Shown here: in pieces, positions 1 to 13,649 of the stretch | Layout of the letters: every line of letters begins with the position of its first letter | How positions within the stretch are numbered: the stretch's first letter is position 1 | Origin: Rhina ancylostomus | Lineage: Eukaryota | DNA length: 64,000 nucleotides | Direction of reading: 5' to 3' | NCBI GenBank assembly: GCA_030265395.1 | Contig: JARFYF010000054.1 | Span: forward strand, 16,390,107-16,454,106 | Made by a program: the position numbers and the translations under genes | The notes under the pieces: model-generated | Told to the model about the DNA's origin: nothing | The model's database searches: none | The model's input: only the letters and a program-made list of their open reading frames with translations

Positions 1-2329
1 GTTACAACACATTTTGTATGAAATTCATGTTAATTTAAGATATTTTTGCCTTTAAAACTGCTTCAATCACACTATGAGTTAGTGATGCTTTTTCTTTATA
101 GCTTTCAAAATAAAGTGTCATTAACCCAGAATAAAACACCTGTTGTGGTGTTTCCTTTAATATTAGTTATGCAATTGTAATAATATGCAAAAACTATTAA
201 AGTACAGAAAGCAGAATGTGTGACACTGCACTCTAAATATGCAGTATGCCTGGCCCCGGATAGAAACATGAGTATGTGAATCATATTAAACCTCTCTGTG
301 GACAACATTTTGAAAACCAATAGCCTACGTTAAGAATCAAGACTTGCCATGGAATGTTTGCAGACAGCAGACTGAAATCTTTTATCCCCAACTCCCTGCA
401 TCACCAATTCTCCTAATCAATTAATGTTATTTGTAAAATTTTATCTGCACATACAGCAAGTAGTACACAACATTGGTTCTTTTACAATATAGAAAATTCA
501 CAATAATTCATGCATGTAGAAACAAGCGAGTGATTGATGAAGTCCTTTCTCATGAGAAAGGATGGAACACCACTACTAGTGCAGCACTTGCTCTACACAA
601 TACAGCTACAATTCAAAATACTAATTCAAATCTCAAATTACGCAAGTATTCACTTCTGCTTAGATATTTATTGCCTACTGCTTTGGAACAGGGCTGGAAA
701 ATGTTAGATTTTTGTTTATAAATCAAATTTGGAATCACTAAAACTAAGGGGTAAATGGAATAATCACTACATTTCAAGTGAATGTGCAATGTACAATTTA
801 GTTTTCACAGATTTGAAAAAAAAATCACCAAAAAGGACAGAAAATAGTATCCAAAATAAGACAAAGATGTAATTTAAATACAACGTACACAAATGACAAG
901 TCCCTGCTGCAAACTAATTTCTCACTATACACAACACCAAACATTTTAGGTGGATATTTCCAATCTTTTTTGGAAGCAGCTTTTCATTGGCAGAATATCT
1001 TTGGATGCCAGCTGGAGGGGACACAATACAAAGGTTCAAAGAATAAGAACTTAACTTATTAATAACCATCTTGTCTGCCGAAATAAAAACTCTTTTCATG
1101 AAGTAACAACATCATGAGACTCCTTCAAAAGTAGGAAAGGAACAAACTATAAATAGAAACAAATATTCAGATCATAGAAAGTGTAAAACTGAGGGAGATC
1201 CCAAATCAAAAAGGTAATAATGTTGATCAACACGCAACCTCCAAATTAGATGCAGTTTATGCAGTATGCTTAAAACACCAAAGCAGCTGCAATCTGAATA
1301 TGAGATTAGAAAACTAAAACAGATTATAATCAAAAATGCTGCACTGAGTGTTTTATTTTTCCCGATTAGCCACTGGGAAATTTTAATACACAGTGTGATT
1401 TCAAAACACTTGCTTTGCTAATTCTTTCCTGGTTTGCAAACTACATTTTATTTTTCATTGTGAAGAAAACATCCTCCCAAATTTTATTCTTCTTTACGGC
1501 TCTAACTTAATCATAGGTATGGCTTTCACTTGCAATGAAAACCTTCACAGATTGCAACCATGAATACACTTCAAAGAAAATGTACTTAATTGGTTATAAA
1601 ATGCTTTGGAATGTGCTCAGTGTGTGAAAAGATGTAAAAGAAATTCAAGTTCATATACCATACAGTACCATGATCAAACAGACTTTTTTTCGCACAGGTA
1701 CCGAGCACAGGCAGGGTCTATGTTTGGGCGGGTTGGGAAGGGTTATGATTATAACATACCAGAAATCCATGCACACATTTCCCAAAATGGGCGACTAGAG
1801 AACCGTCAGGTACTTATAGAGTGGGGACTTACAGCAATGGGCTATCATGGGAAACCCAGAAAATGATTAATTTTCATATTTTAACTAAGTAATCCTCTTA
1901 GAACCGCTCCAAACAGTTGTATATTCAGATTTAAAATCTTTTCTGCAGCATCATCAAATACCATAATTATGTTTATAAAGTTTGCTGAAGGAGCATTAAC
2001 CTATTACAGTTGACTCTGTATAAATGTATACCTGATCTAAGCACAATTCTGATCCAGTCATAGGATTCCAATGTTCCAACTCAACATCCATTCACCAATA
2101 TACAGAAATCCTGATCTAAGCATACAACATTCCCCAAACTATTTAAATTTTCATTGCTCAGCACACCAAGTGCTGTCAATCCAGCAGTTGTCAATCCTTT
2201 TTTTTTTGCATAGTGTTATGAATACTAAAGTATTTTAATTTTGATTCAGCAGGAGCGCAGGCTAGGACAAATACTGTGCTTTTCATTGTCAATCACAGAA
2301 ATCCCCATCTAAACACAATTAGAAATAAC

Positions 2330-2700
2330 GTATTTCTTGACATTGATCTTTTCGAAATGTACGAAGTTCTTAAGGGGCTTGACAGACTTGAGGAAGAGTT
2401 GATGTTTTCACTGGTCAAGCCATCCGGAACCAGAGGTCATAGTCTCAAAGTAAGGGGTCACCCATCCAGGGAAGAGAAGAGATGGCTGTGGAATCTCAGT
2501 TGCTCAGGATATTCAAGACAAATGTTGATAATTTAACAGATATCATGGAAATCAAGGAATACGAGGTTTATGCAGCAAAGTGGTGCTGAGGTAAAGGATC
2601 AGCCATGATCACACTGAATAGTGGAGAAAGCACACGGGAGTGAATGGCCAAATCCTGAGTCTAATTTTTTAAATTTACTTATGTTTCTATTTTTCTATTA
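2330..2700 (+). mobile_element. CR1 LINE 3' fragment
   Basis: YEVLKGLDR..MFSLV..TRGHSLKVRG resembles the CR1 ORF2 C-terminus, followed by a CR1-type 3' tail (gatcagccatgatc...gaatggcc..tcctg). Confidence 0.8.
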
Positions 2701-3389
2701 TTTTATTGAATTCAAAACACAAGGTAGTTAAATTCCTGGATTGGTTAGCAGAGGCTATAATTTTGCAATTTTAATTACAAGAATTTTGTACTAAAGGAGC
2801 AATCAAGTGTACTTAATTTCATGTCAGCATCAACTCTTGGCAAGGTTTACTGAAAAATGTTAAACTGTAAATCAAGTGAAGATAATAACATGTGGTGATT
2901 TGTACAGATTGATTTTAGGAGTTTAAACAAAGAAACCTTACCCAATTGCAACATCTGATTTGCTGGCAAATGCAAGAACCAAAGCAGGCAATTTTTAAAG
3001 TAAGTTTTTTTGTTAAAACAACTATAGATTTGGTCTGAGGAATAAAACTAAACAACTCTTTAGCACAAAATTAATGTAACCAAAAGGCAGAAAGTGTTTT
3101 TTTTCCCTTCCAGTTGGCTAACCTCATTTGAGCGCTGGTGCAAATTAAAATGTCACTTGAGTGGCATCTTTACTTGTTAGACTGACATTGAACAAATAAT
3201 GAACTACTTTCAAAGAAACAAAAATGTGAACCAAAAACAAAATCTGGGTTTCAGACTTTGCTTAGAAGCTTACACTTGCCTCAGGCATCACTCAAGTCCT
3301 AATGTTGGCTGATGTTCCTGGGTAGTACTGGGGATGTACCATTCTGCCCAAGTCATTTTTCAAAGAAAACCACTGATGTGGCCTCTATA

Positions 3390-3870
3390 GCCTGCTTCAC
3401 CATTCACCAGAATCATGCCTGAACCCCTATGTAGAGTCCACTTTCCGCCCAATCCCCACATCTCTGGATTCTCTTATTGTCCAGAAATCTATCCACCTCA
3501 ATGTCTGTTCTGAATTGTACTGAAACAATATCACTGTTCCCTGTGGTAGCAAACTCCAAAGAGTCAGAAGCTGCCAAGCAAAGAAACTTTTAGCTTCAAA
3601 AAGGTTCCCAAGTCCTAGACTCCATCTGGAGGAAACTACTTGTCACCAATTATCCTATCAATCCTCCTCAGAATATTGCACATCTCAATGACTACAATTC
3701 TCATTCCTCTAAACTCCAATATGTATTGGCCAATCCTACTCATACGAGAGTCACCTCATCCCAGAAATAAGCCTAACAAATCAACACACGATCACCTCCG
3801 AGGCAAGTATATTCTTGTTTATGTGTGGAGACTAGACCACCACACAGGTCTGGCAGCTTCTAAGCCTTGC
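3390..3870 (-). mobile_element. Decayed CR1-like LINE 3' fragment
   Basis: Reverse-complement CR1 tail-like words (caccattcacc..atcatg..aaatctatccacctc). Confidence 0.5.
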
Positions 3871-4139
3871 ACAATTGCAGCCATAATTCTTTATTAATCT
3901 ATTCCAATGAATGCCAAAATACCACTATTCTTCCTAAATGTTCACTGTACCTGGATGTTAATTCTCTGCATTTAAAGAAACTGCATACCAAGATGCCTCT
4001 AAATAACATTTATTATGTTCTAAATAGTGAGAAACTGATGCATTTTAACAAAACGAATCTCAATTTTTCTTCCCACATTATACTCCATCTGCCACGTTCT
4101 TACCATATAGGGCCAGTCAACTACCCAGAAAGAACATAA

Positions 4140-4330
4140 TGAAAAACACATGACATTATTTGAAGAGCAAAGGAGTTCTAATGGTTCAAACATTTATCTC
4201 GCAGCAACATCACTAAAATAAGTGAATCGGGCTATTCTCCTTATCACTGTGTGTAAATTCACTGGCTTGTTCCCCCATATTATGCATCATTGCCTGAGCT
4301 GATGAAAGAAAGAAGCATGATACTTATTTC
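4140..4330 (+). mobile_element. Deu-domain SINE remnant (SacSINE1/AmnSINE-like)
   Basis: catgacattatttgaagagcaaaggagttct...atttatctc..caacatcactaaaa resembles the Deu-SINE core from memory. Similar copies at ~21050-21370, 54380-54600, 56700-57050 and 63230-63540(-). Confidence 0.55.
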
Positions 4331-5369
4331 TNNNNNNNNNNNNNNNNNNNNNNNNNNNNNNNNNNNNNNNNNNNNNNNNNNNNNNNNNNNNNNNNNNNNN
4401 NNNNNNNNNNNNNNNNNNNNNNNNNNNNNNNTTATTTCTAAATAAACAATTTTTAACCAGTAAACTACTATTTTTCTATAGATTAAGCAAGTAAATCCTG
4501 TATGAAAGCAATTCAGATAAGAAGAAATAAGACACGGACTCTTTTTGCTGTTGTACATAGATATGGCCATGTAATACTCCTCCACTGACATTCTACATCT
4601 GAATAGAATCTAATTCAAGAGTAAACTTTACAGCTATAAATAAATCATGAATTAAGCAACTATTTATATGAAGGACAAATGAAGGACAAATTAAGATCAT
4701 TAAAGACTACACTTGCACTAAGGATGTAGATATATAACCAGAATCCGAATTCAGTAGTTTTTAATTAACTGTCAGTAACATTTACACACTTTCTACAAGT
4801 TAATAAACATAGTGGAAAAGAATATCGAGGACACTATTGATGAGTGTGCAAATTCAGATCATCAAATGCGCCAAAAGGGATGTCAATTTTGTCTTTCAAG
4901 GATCACAGTAGCAAACCACTAGCAGAAATCAAATGCTGACTTACTGATGGTTTGTTTACAATGCAAATTACACCTTGGGACACTGCATTAAAAACATTGT
5001 TCTCGAGTCCAGTAGCCAAGACAAACTGGAGATTGTACATGCACAACTGACAATCACGACACAAAATACATCTAATAAATATAGTGAGCTATACCCCATC
5101 ATCTGATTGCATCATATGTGTAATTTGCTATTGTGTGATGACATTGGAAATGTGACTTGGAATACTGTCCCTGGAGCAGTACTTTCAGGGAGCATGAACT
5201 AGCCAGTAACAAGCAGCAACTAACAAGCTTCCTTGATCGCAGGGTTGAACAAACTCCAGTTTTACTTTCACAAGAATTCAGGCCCATTTTAATGATAACA
5301 CTGAATTATTGTAGTAAGTCACAGTTGGCGACAGCAGTAAAACTGAGCACATTTTTTTTAATCTTATTA

Positions 5370-5670
5370 TAAGACAGAAGGAAGCCATTCTGTCCATTGG
5401 GTCCAAGCCATTTGCTAGCAGGACAATCCCCGTNNNNNNNNNNNGCCTCACTTGTCTGTGACCCTGCAACTTATTCTCTCTCACATGCCCAAGAAAGCTC
5501 CATACATCAGTGGGGAACTTATAGTAGCCAACTGAACTACCAGCACATGGAGGAAAACCGAACCTTTGACAGAAACCAATGGAGTCATAAGGAGAATGTA
5601 CAAACTGCACATAAGGACAGCACACAAGGTCAGGATCAAACCAGTGTCCCTGGAGCTGGTTGCTACACCA
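5370..5670 (-). mobile_element. HE1/V-SINE-like element
   Basis: Reverse complement of the V-domain (ggaggaaaaccg...ggagaatgtacaaactgcaca..gacagcac) plus a CR1-derived tail (gaagccattctgtccat). Confidence 0.7.
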
Positions 5671-6189
5671 GCCTTAAAGAGCCAACTTCATTTACTTACT
5701 TTTTAGCTGAGAAATGAAAACATTCAAATGGTGGTCTAAGAGCAAAATTATAGTTTTTGGGGAGGGAGGCAGGGCAACAACAGATTTTTACACATCCATT
5801 TTCTGCGATAAAATGATTTAGAATCTGACTGATATCTTGTATACTACATCATACAAATAATTTCCTCAAAATTTGACCTCTTTTCATTAAGGTTAATTTT
5901 AGTACTCTTGATTTTGATTAAAGAATGATCCAGAATAATGGACCAAGACTACGCTTGGATCTACACCACCAGATTCAGACATAATAGTTTATCAAATTCA
6001 GCCCATTTCACAAAGTAAATCCTTTTTCTGTTCTGCCCATAATCAGCTGCTGCCTTCACCTAAATTTAATTATATGCATGGATAAAAAAAACTGTTTTTA
6101 TAAAAGGCAAGGAAATGCACAGAAAAAGAAGTGGGTGAATACTGTAAAGTGTTTCAATCTACAGGGTCCTTGGCATGCATCTCCATACA

Positions 6190-6600
6190 TGCCAAATTGA
6201 ATACTGAGGAAGGGTTATAAAGGCACATTTTCCTTTATCAGCCCAGATATAAAAAGGTGCAGAGGAGATTTATCAGGATATTTCCTGGGCATGAGTATGT
6301 TACATACAAGGTAAGCCTGCCTAGGTAGGGCTCATTTTATTTGGGAACAGAGTTTTAATTGAGGTGTGCAGAATTACACTAGGTTGAGACAGAGGAAAAA
6401 CAGAGCCTACTTCCCTTTACAGGAGGGGTTAACAATTTGAGGCAATTGGTTAAAAGATTGGAGTTGAGGAAAACCTTTTTATCCAAAGGTTGTTTGGGGT
6501 CTGGAAGACACTGGCTGGAGGTGTGGTGAAAGCAGAAACTTAAATAATATTTTTTAATGTAATCTTAATTTCTTAGAAGGTTATGGAGGTTGAGCATATC
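6190..6600 (+). mobile_element. Decayed CR1 LINE fragment
   Basis: ggtgcagaggagatttatcaggat (VQRRFIR-like) and downstream CR1 ORF2-end words. Confidence 0.6.
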
Positions 6601-7180
6601 ACTAAACATAATAACCTCTGCAGATGTACTGTTGAAAGTATCCTGACTGGTTGCATCATGGTCTGGTACGGCAATTCAAATGCACAGGAACNNNNNNNNN
6701 NNNNNNNNNNNNNNNNNNNNNNNNNNNNNNNNNNNNNNNNNNNNNNNNNNNNNNNNNNNNNNNNNNNNNNNNNNNNNNNNNNNNNNNNNNNNNNNNNNNN
6801 NNNNNNNNNNNNNNNNNNNNNNNNNNNNNNNNNNNNNNNNNNNNNNNNNNNNNNNNNNNNNNNNNNNNNNNNNNNNNNNNNNNNNNNNNNNNNNNNNNNN
6901 NNNNNNNNNNNNNNNNNNNNNNNNNNNNNNNNNNNNNNNNNNNNNNNNNNNNNNNNNNNNNNNNNNNNNNNNNNNNNNNNNNNNNNNNNNNNNNNNNNNN
7001 NNNNCCACTATGATCTTTGGTTTTTTTTGTTCTGTGTTCTTTCCTGAAAATTATGCACAAATTTTACTTCTGAATGCTACTTATATGATGCTATCTGCCT
7101 GTGATGCTGCTGCAACTGAATTTTTCATTGCACCTGTGCATACATGTATTTGTGCATGACAATAAACTCGACTTTGACTT
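6600..7180 (+). mobile_element. Rex/Babar-type LINE 3' end (spans a gap)
   Basis: CRCTVESILTGCIMVWYGN motif typical of Rex1/Babar RT C-terminus; 3' tail ending caataaactcgactttgactt. Confidence 0.7.
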
Positions 7181-7264
7181 TATGGAGCACAGATTTAGAG
7201 GAAGTGAAGTAAAGCTACATTTTTTTTAAAAAAGGGAAAGCAAAATCATGTTTTAAAAATTATT

Positions 7265-7900
7265 TCATAGAACCATAGAACAATACAGCACAATACAGGC
7301 CCTTCAGTCCACCATGTTGTGCCGTCCATCATACCACACCTCACACTATCTAACCCTTTCCTCCCACATATATCTCTATCCCACATTCCTCCATATGCCT
7401 ATCCAACAATCTCTTGAACCTGTCCAATGTATCTGCCTCCCAGGCAGCACATTCCATGCACCAACCACTCTCTGGGTGAAAAACCTCCCTCTGACATCTC
7501 CCCGAATTTCCCACCCATAACCTAAAAGCCATGTCCTCTTGTCTTGAGCATTGGTGCCCTGGGCTTGTCTACTCTATCTATTCCTCTCAATATTTTACAC
7601 ACCTCTATCATGTCTCCTCTCATCCTCCTCCTCTCCAGTGNNNNNNNNNNNNNNNNNNNNNNNNNNNNNNNNNNNNNNNNNNNNNNNNNNNNNNNNNNNN
7701 NNNNNNNNNNNNNNNNNNNNNNNNNNNNNNNNNNNNNNNNAGATCCTTCACCTGTCCCGGTTCATTTCCTAAAACTAGATCTAACACAGCATTCCCTCTA
7801 GTCGGCCTGTCAACATATTGTGCCAGGAATCCATCCTGGACACATTTAACAAACTCCATCCCTTCTAAACCTTTGGCACTAAGCAGGTTCCAGTCTATAT
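7265..7900 (-). mobile_element. CR1 LINE fragments (3' end and endonuclease region)
   Basis: EADTLDRFKRLLDRHM (ORF2 end) and EFVKCVQDGFLAQYVDRPTRGNAVLDLVLGNEPGQV (CR1 APE domain); catagaaccatagaa tail. Confidence 0.85.
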
Positions 7901-10050
7901 TTGCATTTTTATCTGCATTTTTTCACTGAACTATTTAAACATTCTAACTTTTAAAAAATATTTGCTTCAATATTTATAATGTTTCTTAAAATGTCTCTAA
8001 ACAACAGACATTCAAAGAGCTGAGAGATCTGACATAAGATAAAACTCTGCAACACAACACCATCGCTGATAGATTCCAGGATAAGGTTGTGCATGTGTAG
8101 TCTTGCAGGGACTTGGTGGTGTCCTTCCAAGCAGAGGTAGATGCCAGTGTTTCAAGCAAATGTAGGTGCCAGGGTTAGCATAACTTGGTCCACAGCATTC
8201 TCATGTTTTAAAAAAGTAATTCCCATGTGCTCTCTCTCACATTTTAATATAAACCCCACGTAGATTGAAGAGCTTTGAGCAACCATCCAACCGCATAAGC
8301 AAAGTTCCTTTGATGCGCACCTCTATATAAAAGGCACACAGAACTCACCGTGTTGTACTTGCAGATGCTGAAATCAAATTACAGCCAGAATCATAGGATA
8401 ATTAACAATTTCTGATATTACACGTAGTGTGAAAGCAGACACAGTATGATTCTTTCAAATTCAAGTGTCAACCCCTTTTGATTTCTACTTGTGAATCTAG
8501 AATTTTGTTAACACCATGCTCTGGGTGAATTTACCATAGTCAGATACATCTCTGGATTCTGAGATACAAGTGAATGTGCCTCTATTTGTAAAGATCCTCC
8601 AAAGTAATACTGCACAATGCACTCATACCAATTTAATTGCAAACCCTGATCACATGACTGAAACATTTTTGGATTTATCAGGTCCATTCTGAATAAACTT
8701 GGATTGCACAGAAGCAGGAAACCAGTTTAAGTTGTGAAACGCAATTTGAAGAATGAGTCAAAGATGTATAGGAAAGCATTAAAAGAGGCCCCAGGTGTAA
8801 AATAGGCCTGTTCATAACACGTCAAATGATATTGTTACAGAAATGGTTTTTCATATCACCATTTGGCAATTTAGTCACTAAGCTGACAATTATACAACAA
8901 TAGTTTACCTCACAATACAGCTTCAGTTGCAGTGCATGCTGTTTTTATTATTGGACACAGTTGACTAATTTGACGAGTCAGAGCACCAACTGTTTATTCT
9001 GCAATACCTCTGTAATGATATTGCATTCCTGGCTGGTAATGAAACATGGCACTTTCCACAGCTTGTAATGTAACTCATTAAATAAGTTAACAACATGCAT
9101 TTTGCAAACAAGGTGAAATAATTATTATGCAGTTTGACCCTTCCAATCACCTTCATTCAACACAATGTATACATCAATCAAAATGCCAAATTATTAAAGT
9201 CCTATTTTTGCATTTATCCAATCCTATATATGGTAGCACTCAAAATTAAAAGCACTGCTTTGCTTTAGTTGACCATGGCTGAAGTGCTAAATCAAAAGAA
9301 ATTTGCATGTCTGAAATAAAAGAAAAATGTGTTTATTTTACCATCACCTTATAGTAATGCGATTTATAGAAAATTAACCTTTTAAAGAACATATTGGCTA
9401 CTCTACTGATTTGATAGATGGACTAAAGCTTTATTAAGAGATTTTATTTACAAAATTTATTGCATATGACACAAATTAACTAATGCCACTATTTTTATTG
9501 TAACTATTTAAAATTAGATTTTCTGATAATAGAACAGTACAGCACAGTACGGGCCCTTCAGCCCACAATTATGTATCCTTCGAATTTCTGGATCACTTGC
9601 TAAGAGTGCAAAGCACGTTCCTTCATTTTGTCTGTTTGATGCACCTTAAGCTGGCTTTCTGCTGGATGCTAATAGATTTAGAGTTTGCATCCTCTGCTAA
9701 TGACTTGAGTTACATAAGAACAGGTGGAACATTATAAAATATGATTTTAAACTAGAAATCAGAAACAATAAATCAAAGAGTTTGCACTTGATAAAAAGAT
9801 GTAGAGCTGCAAAACTCAAGAACATGATGTTTCACGAATCAATGGTAAATAACAGAAAAGGGGAAAGAAATGTTCTACCATTTCAGAGTTTTGCAACCTG
9901 GATATAGTTTTTCCATTATGAAACATGTTGGAGTATCAAACAATTACCACAGCATTTTAGTAAGTACCCACAACTACTAATGAGTATCTGCATCCTGAAG
10001 TTGCCAAATACATGATTACAACATAAAACAAACAATTAAACACAACTTAC

Positions 10051-10188
10051 TGTCCTTCAAAGCAGTTGCAAATTCTAGTCCACCTTCCTTTTTGAAAGAA
10101 GGCATAGAATCTGGCTGTGGAAGAGTATTGGCAGTCACAAGAGCTTTTTGCAGTAGGATTCTTCCTTCAAGTAGTTGATCCCACAAAG
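10051..10188 (-). CDS. AATF: AATF coding exon 4 (AATF-Che1 domain start); gene continues beyond left edge
   Basis: Acceptor TTAAAG|CT, then [46 protein letters not shown]; donor A|GTAAGT. 138 nt. No exon 5 recognised in 1-10050. Confidence 0.94.
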
Positions 10189-10799
10189 CTTTAAAAGAGA
10201 GGAGGCAAATTATTTTAGTTGCTTCCACTATCAGAGTCACGTTAATATTTAAGAAATTACTGGGTTGGGGTAGGGGAGTGGTTTGGGTTGGTAGAAATGC
10301 AATCAATTGCAATTGAAGTACAAGACATCAGGTAGTTTTATCAATTGCAAGTTTAACCATACAATTGGGTTATTATGACATTGCTCATTAAAATTTGAAA
10401 TACCTCTATAAAGGTATCTCATAAACTTCCAAATATCTTACATTTCAGATTCTACAGAGTTTCTCAAGCTAATTCAGAGGGTGACAGCATAACAAACAAG
10501 GAAGCGCACCCAATTATGTTACCAGGAAGGAAATCCCCATTCCAACTAAGACCAGTCCAATCATCAGCAGTGAGCTCTGCACCAAAGACTATTACTGGAT
10601 GGTAAAGATGGTGTAACACCCAACTTATATCCATTGGTCCCTTCTAAAAGGGTGCAAATATGTTGATTTCCCTCAAGAAAAGAGCAAAGTTGAGACTGTA
10701 GTAGAATATCCTCCCAAGGTACACTGACCAGACATGTACATTAACGGGCAAGGCATTAAAGAACTGTCAGCAAATATTGAATCCTAACAACATCAGTTA

Positions 10800-12350
10800 G
10801 TTCTATAGAAGAGGCAGGTAAATGTTGGAGAACAAAAGAGCTCATCGAATTACAATTACCCAAGAAGTAAAAACTATTTTGTGAAAATGGATTTTAGGAA
10901 AAAAAAATCAGCATTTATCAGTGGAATGATACGGTACATCGTAAAAAAAAATTGTGAATAGAATGCAATGCTAACTTAATTTCAAAGTCGGTGTGGAAGG
11001 CTTGGAAATTTAGCTGGACCTTTAATCAACCAGATATTTCTAAACTAGTGAAAGCAAGATTTAAATCTTAGCAAACAACGATAGAAGAATTTTACTTAGA
11101 TTTTTTTTTAAATTAAAAAAACGTAAAAGCAGCCAAGAGCAAGTCCAGTTTCATTCACATGTANNNNNNNNNNNNNNNNNNNNNNNNNNNCATCATCTCT
11201 TCCTTCTCTCAATCTGGGCAGAATGATAGTTAAAACTGAATCTTGCATTAAAAAGTGTTGGTGTTTAGAGCGATCTAGTATTCCTTGCAAATGATTCACT
11301 GAAGGTTAACAAGCAAATACAGGGGCTCCCCAGGTTACGAATGACCTGACTTACAAAAATCTGACTTTATGCAAATTTTCCCATACATTTTTTACAGCAT
11401 TTTTCAAGCTAGTAATAATAATAATAATAATGTTTCATGGTTTTCATTAATGACCAGATACAGTATATATTACATTAGTTTAATTATGGGTAGCGTTAGG
11501 GTGATTATTCAGTGAAATGAAATTATAGCAAGTGCATGCAGAGCGATACGATATGGGAGGCTACAGAAAACGGGAGTTTCTGACTTGCAGAGAAATCAGC
11601 TTGTGGACAATTCTCAGAAACGGAACCCTTATATAATCCAGGAATTGCCTGTACAGCAAGCAATTGGAAAGGCAAACAGTATGTTCACCTTGATTATCAA
11701 AGTATTGGAGTACAAAACTGAAAAAGTTTTCCTGAAATTATATAGAATCCTGATAAGACAACAACTAGAATGTTAGGCAAGGAGACCTGTCTTGTACCCG
11801 AGGAAGGATATATTTGCAATAGAATACCAAGGTTCACCAAATTGATTCCTGAGATAGAATGGGGCAAATTATACTATAAGGGAGAGATTAAGGGAGTGAT
11901 GGTCTCATTGAAACATACAAAATTCTTATGAGACTTGACAGGGAAGAATCAGGGACGACAAATGCCCTGGCAGGGTGTTTAGAATTAGGGGTAAATTATT
12001 CACACAGAGATAAGAAATATAATTTCTCATTGGATAGCAATTCTTTGGAACTATGTACCCAAAGGGCTATGGAAGCTCAGTTGCTGAGTTTATTGNNNNN
12101 NNNNNNNNNNNNNNNNNNNNNNNNNNNNNNNNNNNNNNNNNNNNNNNNNNNNNNNNNNNNNNNNNNNNNNNNNNNNNNNNNNNNNNNNNNNNNNNTTGAA
12201 GGCAGAGATCAACAGATTTTTGGATAACAAGGGAGTCAAGAGATAACAGGGATGGTGCTGTAAATTGATGCTGAGACAAACAATCAGCCATAACGATACT
12301 GAATGAATGAGCAGACATGAGGGTAAATGGCCTAATCCCAATTCTTGTCT
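10800..12350 (+). mobile_element. Long decayed CR1 LINE interrupted by a MITE
   Basis: VQQAIGKANSMF..IIKVLEYK..LKLYRILIRQQLEC (CR1 RT C-terminus) and a CR1 tail at ~12280-12345. The left boundary is approximate. Confidence 0.75.
11320..11651. mobile_element. Tc1/mariner (pogo/Tigger-like) MITE with TA target duplication
   Basis: TA|CAGGGGCTCCCCAGGTTACG ... TATAATCCAGGAATTGCCTG|TA imperfect TIRs. Removing it rejoins the CR1 sequence (aaggttaacaagcaaa-TA-cagcaagcaatt). Confidence 0.75.
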
Positions 12351-13649
12351 ACTAGGTAAAGGCAGACAGAAGTCATAGGCTGAATTTCCATTAATACCTC
12401 AGTAAACCAATAAGACTATCTGCATTCTGTCCCATTTATTTCATTTCCTCAATTCCACTTTCCTTCCTATGCATACACTATGTCATGGTTCCACAGAAAC
12501 CAGTAACCCATTTGTATCATGCCCAAATGGCCTTCTCCATCTGTCTGGAAATAGCATGATTGTTTTGGTAGCCAAAGGCATCAAAGCTAAACAATGTCAA
12601 TGCACATATATTGTAAAGCAGAGACTGCTGGATAGTGACCACTGTCTGATTTTATCTCTTCCTAAGCCCAAGGACACTCAAGCTAAATGCAGTATCTCAA
12701 ATGCCCAGCAAACAACAGTTTGAATCGAAAAGTGAAACTTGGAACTGTGTGTTGATTTGCTTGTGCTCCGATCAGCAGAGGTCACTTGCTATTTTTAATT
12801 TCATAAGTGAAGTTATCACTAAACGTAATTCACGGTCATCATAAAGACCAGGGTTCTGTGGATGAATATCCCAACATCTGCATTTTTAGGAATTAATTAA
12901 TCAATCAACATTACTACTTCAGCTAATATCCACAGGTAGAGAAGGGGAAAGAATTTTTGTAAATGTACCTACCAACCTGAATGTTATTGTTCTAAATGTG
13001 ATAATGTAGATAACTGTAGCCAGCACTCATCTATGCTTGTAAATTTCAGGCTTCACAGCAAAATATTATGGCATCTCGTTTTTTTGGATGTATACAAAAG
13101 CACAAAGCTTTTTTTTTGTACAGACCAGCAAATCTTTTGCGATATTGTTCATCGTAAATTGATTTATAATAACAGGACTGTTATATCAAGTAATTGATAA
13201 TGGCTCAGAATTTGCAGCCATTACACCTTCACTTTCCATCAGCATTTGCGTTAGAACTTGATAACTTAAAATCCATTTCAGTGTGGCAGCCTGCAAAGAT
13301 GGTACTAGACCTGGATGAAGTGTATATCAACGAGTATCCGTTTGATCAACCAGACTGAACAGCTCAAAATCTCTGGTACGAGTCTAAACTAGGAAGTGTA
13401 ACTCAGAATATTTAATACTTACAAAATCATGCTCAAAAATTAGAAAGAAGAGAAGATGGTATTGAAAGAGAAAAATAAAAATCATTTAAAATTTTACCAT
13501 TTAAAAGAAAATTTCCAACAATCATTAAAATTTTCCAGTGAAAGGAACTTTTTATGGCAATTACATCTCATCACACCATGGAAAATCCATTTGCAATAGA
13601 ATAGGCAATATTTTCTATTGAGTTTAATGAGTAGGTATGGTAACCTCAT

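Noticed and set aside
6583-7159. Long ORFs over N runs (also 38595-39110, 42535-43084, 51821-52386, 54740-55261)
   Set aside because: Artefacts of assembly gaps (no stops in N) and microsatellites.
1-10050. AATF exon 5 or another gene
   Set aside because: No segment translating to the expected HKALKALL...QYP motif or any other recognisable protein was seen; treated as intron 4.
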